A stretch of DNA of 64,000 nucleotides from assembly GCF_009914755.1 (NCBI RefSeq), contig NC_060930.1; one strand, 5' to 3'. Each line of letters begins with the position of its first letter. The stretch's first letter is position 1. The position numbers and the translations under genes are program-made. The DNA comes from the human T2T-CHM13v2.0 reference genome, Homo sapiens. Positions 16,008-31,480 of the stretch are shown piece after piece. A model generated the notes under the pieces. That model saw only the letters and a program-made list of their open reading frames with translations, was not told the DNA's origin and did not search any database.

Positions 16008-16394
16008 TAGCTTCTTTTTTGTTTTGGGTGTTTTTGTCTGTTCATTTTGCCAAATATCTAGTTCTCCACCATTATTTCCTTTCTTAATGATGCTTGATGC
16101 CTCCTTAATCACATAATTTTACTCCCCTTGCTATTCTCTTTCATCCCTTCCCACATTCATCTTTCTTGTTGCCTATTCTAGAATAACCTTGAAATAACTT
16201 AGTCTGTTTCCAAAATAATCCTTTTGGCATATTGGTTGGAATTGCATTAAACCTACGTTTTAATTTGAAAAAAAAGATGACTGGATTGCATCTTAAAGAA
16301 CAAAACTCTGGGGAGACTCTGAAGTCTCAGTGCCCGGTTTGCTGTCCCGTATCTAACCTCTGAATTCTACCTGGTCTCTCTAATGACTGTCCAT

Positions 16395-16550
16395 CACCTT
16401 GCACTTCAGGGTAATCCCCAGACTAGCAGTAATAGCATCATCTGGAGCTTGTTAGAAATGCAAAATCTCAGACCTCACCCTAAATCTACTAAATCAGAAT
16501 TGTGCATACAAAGAATCTTGTTAAGATGCATTTAAATTTTGAGAAGCAAT
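16395..16550. mobile_element. MER5-like DNA transposon
   Basis: gagcttgttagaaatgcaaaatctcag...ctactaaatcagaat motif. Confidence 0.65.
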
Positions 16551-17045
16551 AATACTGTTAATCAGCTTCAGTTTAATAATGTTTCCCTGTGGAGAAGTGT
16601 TTTGCACCAGGACTATTAAATTTTATTTTGCAGGTTAGGTACCATCCTTGCAAAACTAATTTTTCCCTTTGAAGTGAATTCTAAAGTGTAGTCTGCACAA
16701 TTTTTCAAAAGGGTAACTCTGTCTTCCCAAAAACACAAGTCTTCCAAAAAGATTTTGGGCCTAAGAAATAACATAGATTCCCAAAGGAAAGGGTATGGCC
16801 AGTGCTAGTGGATTCCCTTTCACAGTTAGATGCAGATGTTAGGATGGTAACTGGAAAAGTCCTTCAGTTTCCCTCATGTCCATATTTGATGCCAAGGAGA
16901 AGCCTGTTAATAATATGATTATCAGTATAAGTCTGTTTATTACTTCATAATATCCATGGATTGTATGAAGCATTTAGGTGTATTGGAGTATGGAATTTGA
17001 TAGGTCTGGAGTTTACAGGCAGACCACTCAAGGATCTTCTACAGC

Positions 17046-17592
17046 TGTTGCAGGTGAATACCAAAATTGAGGCTCAGCCCTGGAAGCCAAGTTGGTTTTT
17101 GGCTTCATGCAGGAAAGAATTCAAGAATGAGCCACAGAGTAAAGTGAAAGCAAGTTTATTAAAAATGAGGGAATAAAAGGGTGGCTACCCCATAGGCAGA
17201 GTGGGGTGGGGAGGGTGGGAAGCAGGCGGGCCTGCTAACTGGCTATTTTATGGCCATTTCTTGAGTATATGTTAAACAAGGGGTGGATTATTCGTGAGTT
17301 TTCTGGAAAAGAGGCAGGGATTCTGTGGAACCAGGAGTCCCCAGTCCAGACCATACGGGGTAACTTCTAGATATTGCCATGGCATTTGTAAACTGTCGTG
17401 GTGCTGGTGGGGGTGGTTTTTAGCGTGCGCATGCATTATGATTTGTGTATGATAGTGGTGAAGGTTGCTTTTGTTGCCATCTTGGTTCTGGCTGGTTTCT
17501 TTACTGTATCCTCGCTTATCGGTGGGGTCTTCTGACCTGTTGTTTACTGTCTCTCTTGTCTTGGAAACTAGTCCTGCTGAATTCCTATCTCA
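17046..17592 (-). mobile_element. ERV1-class (MER4-group) solo LTR
   Basis: TG...CA termini and 4-bp TSD CAGC (17042-17045 / 17593-17596); caggaaagaattcaag...aagtttatt block. Confidence 0.8.
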
Positions 17593-18419
17593 CAGCTGCT
17601 TCCACTGTCCCAGGAATCTCTCCAAATTCCAGTCCCATCATTGTATTAATAGAAACTGATGTGTAATAGCTTATATAGTGCTGATCCACATATATCTTAG
17701 ATTGGCTTCACTTAACTGCCATATTTAAACTCCATTTCTATCAGTTAAGTTTAACTGATTTTGAGTCTGCAGAGATTTGCTAAAGAAGTAAACCAAATTA
17801 TGATGATGGCCATTTATTCTCACCTTCAGAGAATTGAAAAATCAGGGCACTTGGATATAATCTTAACTCCCAAGGGCTTATCAAATACTAAAATTGAAGG
17901 CTATAAAAGAAGTTTTATGTTTATAAATTTGCACTTTTATGTCAAAACTGAAAGGTTGGTGAAAATTTCCTCTTTGTTGGGATCCACCATCAATTGCCAG
18001 GCTCACACTAAGTATTCTCCCAAATCTAGCCACCAAGCAATTACCAAAGCAAGCAACACATGACCACAGTATGTCTGTGTCCAGTTCCAGATGCTGGAGC
18101 AGACCTCTGGTATAACAGTTGCCACAATTGGTTTGGCAAGTGCTTCAGCAAAGATTTGTTGCCAAGGTGCAAATTCCAACCAGTTTACATCACAATAGCA
18201 AAGAATCTGGAGAAATATGTATTATTAAACTACACTTATCCTTATGAGTTTGGCTTCTAAAGCTATATCGTTTATGAGAAGCGAAGTAAGAAGTATGGCA
18301 AAACCAGTCTAACCATTGTTCTGTTTTTTTCTCAGCATGTATAAATCTTTTCTCAGCCTTTGCCTCTTAGTAGGGCCATGTTCGCTGAAGTTTTCCAGGC
18401 ACCCAAAACTGTGCCTGAG

Positions 18420-18420
<1 letters not shown>

Positions 18421-18458
<38 letters not shown>

Positions 18459-18478
18459 CACACACACACACATACACA
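18421..18478. repeat. (TG)n followed by (CA)n microsatellite
   Basis: Directly visible. Confidence 0.95.
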
Positions 18479-18892
18479 TATATAGATATGGCTTAGTAAA
18501 TATTTGTGTACTGAATAAATTTTGTTAACAGAATTGAGTCCAGGTTTGTGATCTCAGCCAAAATCCCAAATTTATTAATGTTCCTTTAGAGCCTCTCTAT
18601 TCCTACAGTGAGATTCACAGTGAATAAGATGGGATTCTTGATAAATTAAAGTTTTAGTTTGAAACAGATGTGTATACTAGGCCTCCTTTTAGCATGTTGT
18701 ATATCAAAATAGCTTTTAAATGAGGAGGCTGTTGTCTTCCAGTCATAGCTTTTAAAAAGCAAGCACCCCACCAAGCTGCTGATGGAAGTGTAATCCCAAG
18801 AAACAACTGTAAGCAACTTGTGATGGGTGTTTTGTGCTTTTATATCCTTTAACACAATAACTCCGTTTCTATAAGTTTATCTTTAGGAAATC

Positions 18893-19289
<397 letters not shown>

Positions 19290-19588
19290 TTAAAATATTT
19301 GCAGACATTTTAAGTGATTCAGGGAAATGACACTGTACAATGATGTTAAGTGAAAACACCTGGATTCCTGTACTAACGCTGTTTTCCATGTGACATGTGC
19401 TATACTAAGCACTTGCTAATATTAATTTAGTTTTCACAACAGCCCTTTGAGGTAAGTGCTGTCATCTCCATTTATGGATGTACAAAGTGAGATACTTTGT
19501 ATCAATTAATCAATTGCTCAGTTACATAGCTATTGTTAAACTGGGATTTTAAATCCCGGTATTCTGGCTCCAGAGCCCAGGCTACTAA

Positions 19589-19934
<346 letters not shown>

Positions 19935-20024
19935 TATGTTTGCTTTTTAAAAGGATATACGTATGTCTTAGAATTATACCATATATATTCATAGGTTAAT
20001 GGTTTTGTAATTGAAATAGTAAAT

Positions 20025-20544
20025 TGCCGAGACCAGCTCGGTCTGGGAGACCCTAACCCAGCAGCGCTAGAGGAATTAAAGACAGACACACAGAAATATA
20101 GAGGTGTGGGGTGAGAAATCAGGGGTCTCACAGCCTTCAGAGCCGAGAGCCCCGAACAGAGATTTACCCACTTATTTGTTAACAGCAAGCCAGGGATGAG
20201 CATTGTTTCTATAGATTATAGATTATAGATTACCTAAAAGTATTCCTTATGGGAAACAAAGGGATGGGCCAAAATAAAGGGATGGGTTGGGCTAGTTATC
20301 TGCAGCAGGAGCATGTCCTTAAGGCACAGATCACTCACGCTATTGTTTGTGGTTTAAGAAAGCCTTTAAGCGGTTTTCCGCCCTGGGTGGGCCAGGTGTT
20401 CCTTGCCCTCATTCCAGTAAACCCACAGCCTTCCAGCGTGGGTGTCATGGCCATCATGAACATGTCACAGTGCTTCAGAGATTTTGTTTATGGCTAGTTT
20501 TGGGGCCAGTTTATGGCCAGATTTTGGGGTGCCTGTTCCCAACA
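20025..20544 (-). mobile_element. MER9 solo LTR (ERVK/HML-3)
   Basis: TG...CA termini, 6-bp TSD GTAAAT (20019-20024 / 20545-20550) typical of ERVK; gagaccctaacccagcagcgctagaggaattaaagac matches MER9. Confidence 0.88.
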
Positions 20545-20992
20545 GTAAATCATTTGATAGGGATAGAACTAATTGTAATTTAAACCTCTCTGCCTATATC
20601 CTCTCACATGGTCTTGGCATTTTAATTGCTCATTTGAGTACCTACTATGAGCAAGATGTTTTAGAAATATTCTGTAGTCCATCAACTTTGCAGTGTAGCT
20701 ATGGTACTAACATTGCTGTTACAGATCACAGGCTCTTTGGCTCCCTATGTAATAAAAATTAACACAGAGCTATACAGTTTTCCCAGATGAGGCTTTTATT
20801 TCAGGGTTTATCCACAAATGCAAGGGAGACAGTACAGTAGTAAGAACTCTGCGGCTGACCCCCAAAAAAGCTGATGGGGACTTTTTGATTAGGCAAAGCA
20901 TGGGAATTGACATCAGGGATAAGGTATGCAGGCTGCGCTGGGTAAAGCACATGAAGGGTACAGTATGTGGTCAGCATCTGTGGTTGCAGTGG

Positions 20993-23900
20993 TTATCATA
21001 CTTTAAGTTCTGGGTTAAATGTGCAGAACGTACAGTTTTGTTACATAGGTATACATGTGCCATGGTAGTTTGCTGCACCCATCTACCCGTCACCTACACT
21101 AGGTATTTCTCCTAATGTTATCCCTCCCCTAGACCCCAACACCCCACAGGCCCTGGTGTGTGATGATCGCCTCCCTGTGTCCATGTGTTCTCATTGTTCA
21201 CCTCCCACTTATGAGCGAGAACATGCAGTGTTTGGTTTTCTGATCTTGTGATAGTTTGCTGAAAATGATGGTTTCCAGCTTCATCCATGTCCCTACAAAG
21301 GACATGAACTCATCCTTTTTTATGACTGCATAGTATTCCGTGGTGTATATGTGCCACATTTTCTTAATCCAGTCTATCATTGATGGACATTTGGGTTGGT
21401 TCCAAGTCTTAGCTATTGTGAATAGTGCCACAATAAACATACATGTGCATGTGTCTTTATCATAGAATGATTTATAATCCTCTGGGAATATGCCCAGTAA
21501 TGGGATTGCTGGGTCAAATGGTATTTCTAGTTCTAGATCCTTAAGGAATCGCCACGCTGTCTTCCACAATGGTTGAACTCCCACCAACATTGTAAAAGCA
21601 TTCCTGGCTGGGCGCGGTGGCTCACACCTGTAATCCCTGTAATCCCAGCACTTTGGGAGGCCAAGACAGGCGGATCACGAGGTCAGGAGATCGAGACCAT
21701 CCTGTCTAACACGGTGAAACCCCGTCTCTATTAAAATTAGCCAGGCATGGTGGCTACTCAGGAGGCTGAGGCAGGAGAATGGCATGAACCCAGGAGGTGG
21801 AGCTTGCAGTGAGCCAAGATTGTGCCACTGCACTCCAGCCTGGGAGACAGAGCGAGACTCCATCTCAAAAAAAAAAAAAAAAAAAAAAGCATTCCTATTT
21901 TTCCACAACCTCTCCAGCATCTGTTGTTTCCTGACTTTTTAATGATCGCAATTCTAACTGGTGTGAGATGGTATCTCATTGTGGTTTTGATTTGCATTAC
22001 TCTAATGACCAGTGATGATGAGCATTTTTTTATATATCTGTTGGCTGCATAGATGTCGTCTTTTGAAAAGTGTCTGTTCATATCCTTTGCCCATTTTCTG
22101 ATGGGGTTGTTTGCTTTTTTCTTGTAAATTTGTTTAAGTTCTTTGTAGATTCTGGATATTAGCCCTTTGTCAGACAGGTAGATTGCAAAAATCTCCCATT
22201 CTGTAGGTTGCCTGTTCACTCTGATGATAGTTTCTTTTGCTGTGCAGAAGCTCTTTAGTGTAATTAGATCCCACTTGTCATTATTGGCTTTTGTTGCCAT
22301 TGCTTTTCTTGTTTTAGACATGAAGTCTTTGCCCATGCCTGTGTCCTGAATGAAGCCCAGGTTTTCTTCTAGGATTTTTATGGTCCTAGGTGTTATGTTT
22401 AAGTCTTTGATCCATCTTGAGTTGATTTTTGTATAAGGTGTAAGGAAAGGGTCCGGTTTCAGTTTGCTGCATATGGCTAGCCAGTTTTCCCGACACCATT
22501 TATTAAATAGGGAATCTTTTCCCCATTGCTTGTGTGTGTCAGGTTTGTCAAAGATCAGATGGTGGTAGATGTGTGGTGTTATTTCTGAGGCCTCCGTTTT
22601 GTTCCATTGGTCTATATATCTGTTTTAGTACCAGTATCATGCTGTTTTGGTTACTGTAGCCTTGTAGTATAGTTTGAAGTCAGGTAGCGTGATGCCTCTA
22701 GTTTTGTTCTTCTTGCACAGGATTGTCTTGGCTATGTGGGCTCTTTTTTGGTTCCATATGAAGTTTAAAGTAGTTTTTTCCAATTCTGTGAAGAAAGTCG
22801 GTGGTAGCTTGATGGGGATAGCATTGAATCTATAAATTACTTTGGGCAGTAAGGCCATTTTCACGATATTGATTCTTCCTATCCACGAGCATGGAATGTT
22901 TTTCCCTTTGTGTCCTCTCTTATTTCCTTGAGCAGTGGTTTGTAGTTCTTGAAGAGGTCTTTCACATCCCATGTTAAGTTGTATTCCTAGGTATTTTATT
23001 CTGTTAGTAGCAATTGTGAATGGGAGTTCACTCATGATTTGGCTCTCTGTTTGTCTGTTATTGGTGTATAGGAATGCTTGTGATTTTTGCACATTGATTT
23101 TGTATCCTGAAACTTTGCTGAAGTTGCTTATCAGCTTAAGATTTTGGGTTGAAATGGTGGGGTTTTCTAAATATACAATCATGTCATCTGCAAACAGAGA
23201 TGATTTGACTTCCTCTCTTCCTATCTGAATACCCTTTATTGCTTTCTCTTGCCTGATTGCCCTGTCCAGAACTTCCAATACTATGTGGAATAGGAGTGGT
23301 GAGAGAGGGCATCCTTGTCTTGTGCCGGTTTTCAAAGGGAATGCTTCCAGTTTTTGCCCATACAGTATGATATTGGCTGTGGGTTTGTCATAAATAGCTC
23401 TTATTATGAGATAATAAGAGATACATTCCATCGATACGTAGTTTATGGAGAGTTTTTAGCATGAAAGGCTGTTGAATTTTGTCGAAGGCCTTTTCTGCTG
23501 TTGAATTTTGTCGAAGGCCTTTTCCGCATCTTTTGAGATAATCGTGGTTTTTGTCATTGGTTCTGTTTATGTGATGGATTACATTTATTGATTTGCGTAT
23601 GTTGAACCAGCCTTGCATCCCAGGGATGAAGCTGACTTGATCGTGGTGGATAAGCTTTTTGATGTGCTGCTGGATTCGGTTTGCCCGTATTTTATTGAAG
23701 ATTTTTGCATAGATGTTCATCAGGGATATTGGCCTAAAATTCTCTTTTTTTGTTGTGTTTCTGCCAGGGTTTGGTATCAGGACAATGCCGGCCTCAAAAT
23801 GAGTTAGGGAGGATTCCCTCTTTTTCTGTTGATCGGAATAGTTTCGGAAGGAATGGTACCAGCTCCACTTTGTACCTCTGGTAGAATTTGGCTGTGAATC

Positions 23901-26900
23901 CATCTGGTCCTGGACTTTTTTTGGTTGGTAGGCTATTAATTATTGCCTCAATTTCAGAATCTGCTGTTGGTCTATTCAGAGATTCACCTTCTTCCTGGTT
24001 GAGACTTGGGAGGGTGTATGGTCCAGGAATTTGTCCATTTCTTCTACATTTTCTAGTTTATTTGCATAGAGGTGTTTATAGTATTCTGATGGTAGTTTAT
24101 ATTTCTGTGGGATCGGGTTGATATCCCCTTTATCATTTTTTATTGTGTCTGTTTGATTTTTCTCTCTTTCTTCTTTATTAGTCTTGCTAGCGGTCTATCT
24201 ATTTTGTTGATCTTTAAAATAAACCAGCTCCGGGATTCATTGATTTTTTTTTTTTTTGAAGGGTTTTTTTGTCTCTATCTCCTTCAGTTCTGCTCTGATC
24301 TTAGTTATTTCTTGTCTTCTGCTAGGTTTTGAATTTGTTTGCTCTTGCTTCTCTAGTTCTTTTAATTTGATATTAGGGTGTCGATTTTAGATCTCTCCTG
24401 CTTTCTCTTGTGGGCATTTAGTGCTATGAATTTCCCTCTACACACTGCTTTAAATATGTACCAGAGATTCTGGTACGTTGTATCTTTGTTCTCACTGGTT
24501 TCAAAGAACATCTTTATTTCTGCGTTAATTTTGTTATTTACCCAGTAGTCATTCAGGAGCAGATTGTTCAGTTTCCATGTAGTTGTGTGGTTTTGAGTGA
24601 ATTCTTAATCCTGAGTTCTAATTTGATTGCACTGTGGTCTGAGAGACAGTTTGTTGTGATTTCTGTTCTTTTACATTTGCTGAGGAATGTTTTACTTCCA
24701 ATTATATGGTCAATTTTAGAATAAGTGTGATGGGATGCTGAGAAGAATGTATATTCTGTTGATTTGGGTCGGGGAGTTCTGTAGATGTCTGTTAGGTCCA
24801 CTTGGTCCAGAGCTGAGTTCAAGTCCTGGATATCCTTGTTAATTTTCTGTCTCATTGATCTGTCTAATATTGATGGTGGGGTGTTAAAGTCTCCTGTTAT
24901 TATTGTGTGGGAGTCTAACTCTCTTTGTAGGTCTCTAAGAACTTGCTTTACGAATCTGGGTCCCCCTGTATTGGGTGCATATACGTTTAGGTTAGTTAGC
25001 TCTTCTTGTTGAATTGATCCCTTTACCATTATGTAATGGCCTTCTTTGTCTCTTTTGATCTTTGTTGGTTTAAAGTCTGTTTTTAATCAGAGACCAGGAT
25101 TGCAACCTCTGCTTTTTTTTTTTGCTTTGCTTTCGCTTGGTAGATCTTCCTCCATCCCTTTATTTTGGGCCTATGTGTGTCTTTGCACATTAGATGGGTC
25201 TCCTGAATACAGCACACCAACGGGTCTTGACTCTATCCCATTTGGCAGTCTGTGTCTTTCAATTGGGGCATTTAGCCCATTTACATTTAAGGTTAATATT
25301 GTTATGTGTGAATTTGATCCTGTCATTATGAGGCTAGCTGGTTATTTCGCCCATTAATTGAGGCAGTTTCTTCCTAGCATCGATGGTCTTTACAATTTGG
25401 CATGTTTTTGCAGTGGCTGGTACCGGTTGTTCCTTTCCATGTTTAGTGTTTCCTTCAGGAGCTCTTGTAAGACAGGCCTGATGGTGACAAAATCTCTCAG
25501 CATTTGCTTGTCTGTAGAGGATTTTATTTCTCCTTCACTTATGAAGCTTAGTTTGGCTGGATATGAAATTCTGGGTTGAAAATTCTTTTCTTTAAGAATA
25601 TTGAATATTGGCCCCCACTCTCTTCTGGCTTGTAGGGTTTATGCGGAGCGATCCGCTGTTAGTCTGATGGGCTTCCCTTTGTGAGTAACCTGACCTTTCT
25701 CTCTGACTGCCCTTAACATTTTTTCCTTCATTTCAACCTTGGTGAATCTGACAATTATGTGTCTTGGGGTTGCTCTTCTTGAGGAGTATCTTTGTGGTGT
25801 TCTCTGTATTTCCCGAATTTCAATGTTGGCCTGCCTTGCTAGGTTGGGGAAATTCTCCTGGATAATATCCTGAAGAGTGTTTTCCAACTTGGCTCCATTC
25901 TCCTCGTCACTTTCAGATACACCAATCAAACGTAGATTTGGTCTTTTCACATAGTCGCATATTTCTTGGAGGCTTTGTTCATTTCTTTTCATTCTTTTTC
26001 CTCTCATCTTGTCTTCTTGTTGTATTTCATGAATTTGATCTTCAATCAATGATATCCTTTCTTCTGCTTGATCAAATCGGCTATTGAAGCTTGTATGTGC
26101 TTCACGAAGTTCTCGTACTGTGGTTTTCAGCACCATCAGGTCATTTAAGCTCTTCTCTACACTGGTTATTCTAGTTAACCATTCGTCTAAACTTTTTTCA
26201 AGGTTTTTAGCTTCCTTGCGATGGGTAGAACATCCTCCTTTAACTCACAGAAGTTTGTTATTACCGACCTTCTGAAGCCAACTTCTGTCATCTCGTCAAA
26301 CTCATTCTCCATCCAGTTTTCTTCCCTTGCTGGTGAGGAGTTGTGTTCCTTTGGAAGAGAAGAGGTGTTCTGGTTTTTGGAATTTTCAGCCTTTCTGCTC
26401 TGGTTTCTCCCCATCTCTGTGGTTTTATCTATCTTTGGTCTTTGATGTTGGTGACCTATGGATGGGGTTTTGGTGTGGATGTCCTTTTTGGTGATGTTGA
26501 TGCTACTCCTTTCTGTTTGTTAGTTTTCCTTCTAACAGACAGGACCCTCAGCTGCAGGTCTGTTGGAGTTTGCTGGAGGTCCACTCCAGACCCTGTTTGC
26601 CTGGGTATCACCAGTGGAGGCTGCAGAACAGTAAATATTGCTGCCTGATCCTTCCTCTGGAAGCTTCATCGTAGAGGGGCACCTGCCTGTATGAGGTGTC
26701 TGTCAGCCCCTACTGGGAGGTGTCTCCCAGTCAGGCTACATGGGGGTCAGGGACCCATTTGAAGAGGCAGTCTATCCATTATCGGAGCTCAAATGCCATG
26801 CTGGGAGAACCACTGCTCTCTTCAGAGCTGTCAGGCAGGGACGTTTAAGTCTGGAGAAGCTGTGTGCTGCCTTTTGTTCAGATATGTCCTGCCTTCAGAG

Positions 26901-27453
26901 GTGGAATCTAGAGAGGCAGTAGGCCTTGCTGAGCTGCAGTGGACTCTGCCCAATTTGAGCTTCCCTGCTGCTTTGTTTACACTGTGAGCATGGAACCGCC
27001 TACTCAAGCCTCAGCAATGGCGGTCACCCCTCCCCCCACCAAGCTCCGGTGTCCCAAGTCAATCTCAGACGCTGCACTAGCAGCAAGCAAGGCTCCGTGG
27101 GCGTGGGACCCACCGAGCCAGGCACAGGAGGGGATCTCCTGGTCCGCTTGTTGCGAAGACAGTGGGAAAAGTGCAGCATTTGGGCTGGAGTGTATTGCTC
27201 CTCCAGGTATAGTCACTCATAGCTTCCCTTGGCTAGGAAAGGGAAATCCCCTGACCCCTTGCACTTCCTGGGTGAGGCGACACCCTGCCCTGCTTCGGCT
27301 CGCCCTCCATGGGCTGCACCCACTGTCCAACCAGTCCCAATGAGATGAACCAGGTACCTCAGTTGGAAATGCAGAAATCACCTGTCTTCTGTGTCGATCT
27401 TGCTGGGAGCTGTACACCAGAGCTGTTCCTATTTGGCCATCTTGGAAGTGACT
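20993..27453 (-). mobile_element. Near full-length LINE-1 (L1PA6/7-like), ORF1 and ORF2 disrupted
   Basis: 5' UTR with YY1 site (ggccatcttg 27435-27444). ORF1 fragments (MGRNQSRKAENSK..., 26414; ...RPNLRLIGV...). ORF2 endonuclease (...GDFNTP...SDHSAI), RT ([15 protein letters not shown]) and C-terminal fragments in different frames. 3' UTR ends at about 20993. Confidence 0.96.
21606..21888 (+). mobile_element. AluY-like inserted in L1 ORF2, TSD aaaagcattcct
   Basis: Direct repeat on both sides; A-tail. Confidence 0.93.
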
Positions 27454-28671
27454 CAGTTGTTCAGCTTTATTTTCCAAGGTGGGACACTCCACAACCTTGG
27501 TTTGATACTTAGATTTCCTAAGTAAAAGGCATGGTTACACATGAGAGCACAGAAGAATGGCTATTTTCTTTGTATAATTAAAGCCTTGGGGTTAGCGGGT
27601 ACATCACCAGCAAGGTAGTGATTTGGGTTTTCTGATCAGTGGGACAAGAAAAGGAAAAAAAAAAGGAAAAACATGTGAAGGAGGAGCCGCATCGAATTCC
27701 TGTTCTCATTTCTAGTTAGAAGCCTGAGAAGTTGAGAGGTTGAGTAACTTTATACATTATACATATTTTGGTTGGCAGAGCTGGGGTCTGGGGCTAGGCT
27801 TTCTGGGTCCAGTACTCTCTTTAGACTTTTGTGTCTTTGTAACAGTAAAACCCCTATTATATGTTTTCTTGGGAAAATGGTAGCTGTGTTTCTGGTTAAC
27901 TTAATGTCTCCTATGGTGTCTCTTCTCTTAAGACCCTACTCATGTACCAAATTGTTATTGAGCACCTATAATGTTCTGGGCTCTAATCTAGACACCCATA
28001 TCTCAGATTGAACAAAACCCAGACTCAGAAAACACTTTGGAAAATGCTTTTAAAGGGGAAATAAACCTAAGACAGTCTACTCCCAGGATATATGGAATTT
28101 ATGGAGTAATACTTAAAAATTTTTTAAGTAATATCTGTTGGCCAGTTATTATCAAGAAAGATAGTTTACCATTGACTAAGCCAAGATTGTTCTGATGGAT
28201 TGTCAGTGCTGACAGCTTTGACCAGACTATTTTACAGCTCACTGCATCATCCTGGTTACCATTATACCATTATCATGCTATAATCCTTTTCAGAGTCATA
28301 CTTTATAGGAGCTATACTAAGCTTCTTTAGGAGAAGGTTTCATGATATCTGCCCTTCACACTTCCAGGGCAAAGTTGTTTCTTTTCTGTACAATAGCCTT
28401 GATCCTGGGACTTCAAGTATGTATATATGCTCTTGGCTTTGGGTTTTGTTTTTTTTTCTGCTACTCTCAATATAGAAGTGGAATGGCTCTGTGTTCAGAT
28501 AGGAATATTCCAGGCTCTTTGTGTTTCATGACAAAATGTCCCTTAAACTTTGAGTGTCTTTTTTTTTTTTTTAATAATTAAAGAGTCTTTTTAAATCATT
28601 ACATGTTATCTTTACTTCAGGTACATGCTTGAAAATTCAATCTCAAATTGTCTTTCAAAAGTTTGAGGCAT

Positions 28672-28970
28672 GCCAGACACGGTGGCACACGCCTGTAATC
28701 CCAACACTGGGAAGCCGAGGCTGGAGGATCGCCCAAGCCCAGGAGTTCAAGACCAGCCTGAGCAATGTGGTGAAACCCCATTTCTACAAAAAATACAAAA
28801 ATTAGCCAGGCATGGTGGCGTGCGCCTGTAGACCCAGTTAGTCAGGAGGCTGAGGTGGGAGGATTACCTCATCCCTAGGAGGTTGAGGCTGCAGTGAATT
28901 GGGATTGTGCCACTGCACTCCAGCCTAGGCAACAGAGTGAGGCCCTGTCTCAAAAAAAAAAAAAAAAAAA
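28672..28970 (+). mobile_element. Alu (J-type)
   Basis: Alu consensus with A-tail. Confidence 0.88.
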
Positions 28971-29136
28971 GTTTGAAGCGATTGATATTAAAGCGTTATT
29001 TCAGTGTTCACTGGCCAGTCATTCCTCTAAGCTGTCTCATTTGTCAGTTAGCATATTTCCCCAAGTGTGCGGAATACCATTAGTGTTCAAGATGATTTGA
29101 AGAACATACATTTTGGGGGAGTAGAATAGAAAAATA

Positions 29137-29415
29137 GGCCAGGCTCAATGGCTCACAACTGTAATCCCAACACTTTTGGAGGCCGAGGCGGGTGGGTTGC
29201 TTGAGTCCAGGAGTTCGACATAACAGAACCCTATCTCTACAAAAAAATACAAAAAAAATCTGGGTGCAGTGACATGTGCCTGTAGTCCCAGCTACTGGGA
29301 AGGCTGAGGTGGGAGAATCATCTGAGCCCAGGAGGTCAAGGCTGCAGTGAGCCGTGATGACGCCTACTGCCCTCCAGCCTGGGTGACGGTGAGACTCTGT
29401 CTCAAAAAAAATAAA
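29137..29415 (+). mobile_element. Alu (J-type)
   Basis: Alu consensus with A-tail. Confidence 0.88.
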
Positions 29416-29959
29416 GAGAGCAAAAAAATTTTTTATATGACCAGTTTAATTTATTTGAGGAGAAGAGGAAACTGACATATCAAACTCTTGGTTTTATGCC
29501 AGATGAAACGTTAGTTGATTTAAAGGCAATTTAAAGAAAAATATTAAGTGATTTGCAACAGAGATGTTACAAGAGATGGCTAAAATAGCAAGGATGGTAT
29601 ACAAATGGCAAACATTTTGAAAGCATTGGTGTGATGATTCAGCACAGATATGAGTCCTGAGGCGCTTCTTGGTTTTAGTGGTTTAGCTCTGACTTCATTA
29701 AGATGATGTAAATTTATTCCATTTAGAAAATTCCCAAAGTCTTCATAACCACTTAACTCTTGCTGCCTTTAATACCTGTTAGTAGTAGCCAGTTACTGAG
29801 AATAAATTGGTGTCATCTGAATGTACTGAGCTCAAACTGTAACAAGTTAATCTATCACATGCAGACAGCAATGTTTCAATGTCCAGTTTGTCTTTTATTA
29901 CTGTTACATTTGGATCCAAAGTTTATTTTAAAGGGCTAACACAAAACAACTGTTGGTCC

Positions 29960-31480
<1,521 letters not shown>

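Larger units (their letters stand above)
20717..27708 (-). mobile_element. ERV1-like solo LTR split by the L1 (pieces about 20717-20990 and 27455-27708)
   Basis: Begins tgttacagatc, ends cctgttctca; LTR-like sequence on both sides of the L1. Family not determined. Confidence 0.5.

Noticed and set aside
17761-18063. 100-aa plus-strand ORF in GTF2H5 intron 2
   Set aside because: TTG start, no recognisable homology and no convincing splice boundaries.
21198-26414. Reverse transcriptase, endonuclease and ORF1-like ORFs as an active or novel system
   Set aside because: These are fragments of one decayed L1PA, broken by frameshifts, stops, a duplication and an Alu insertion.
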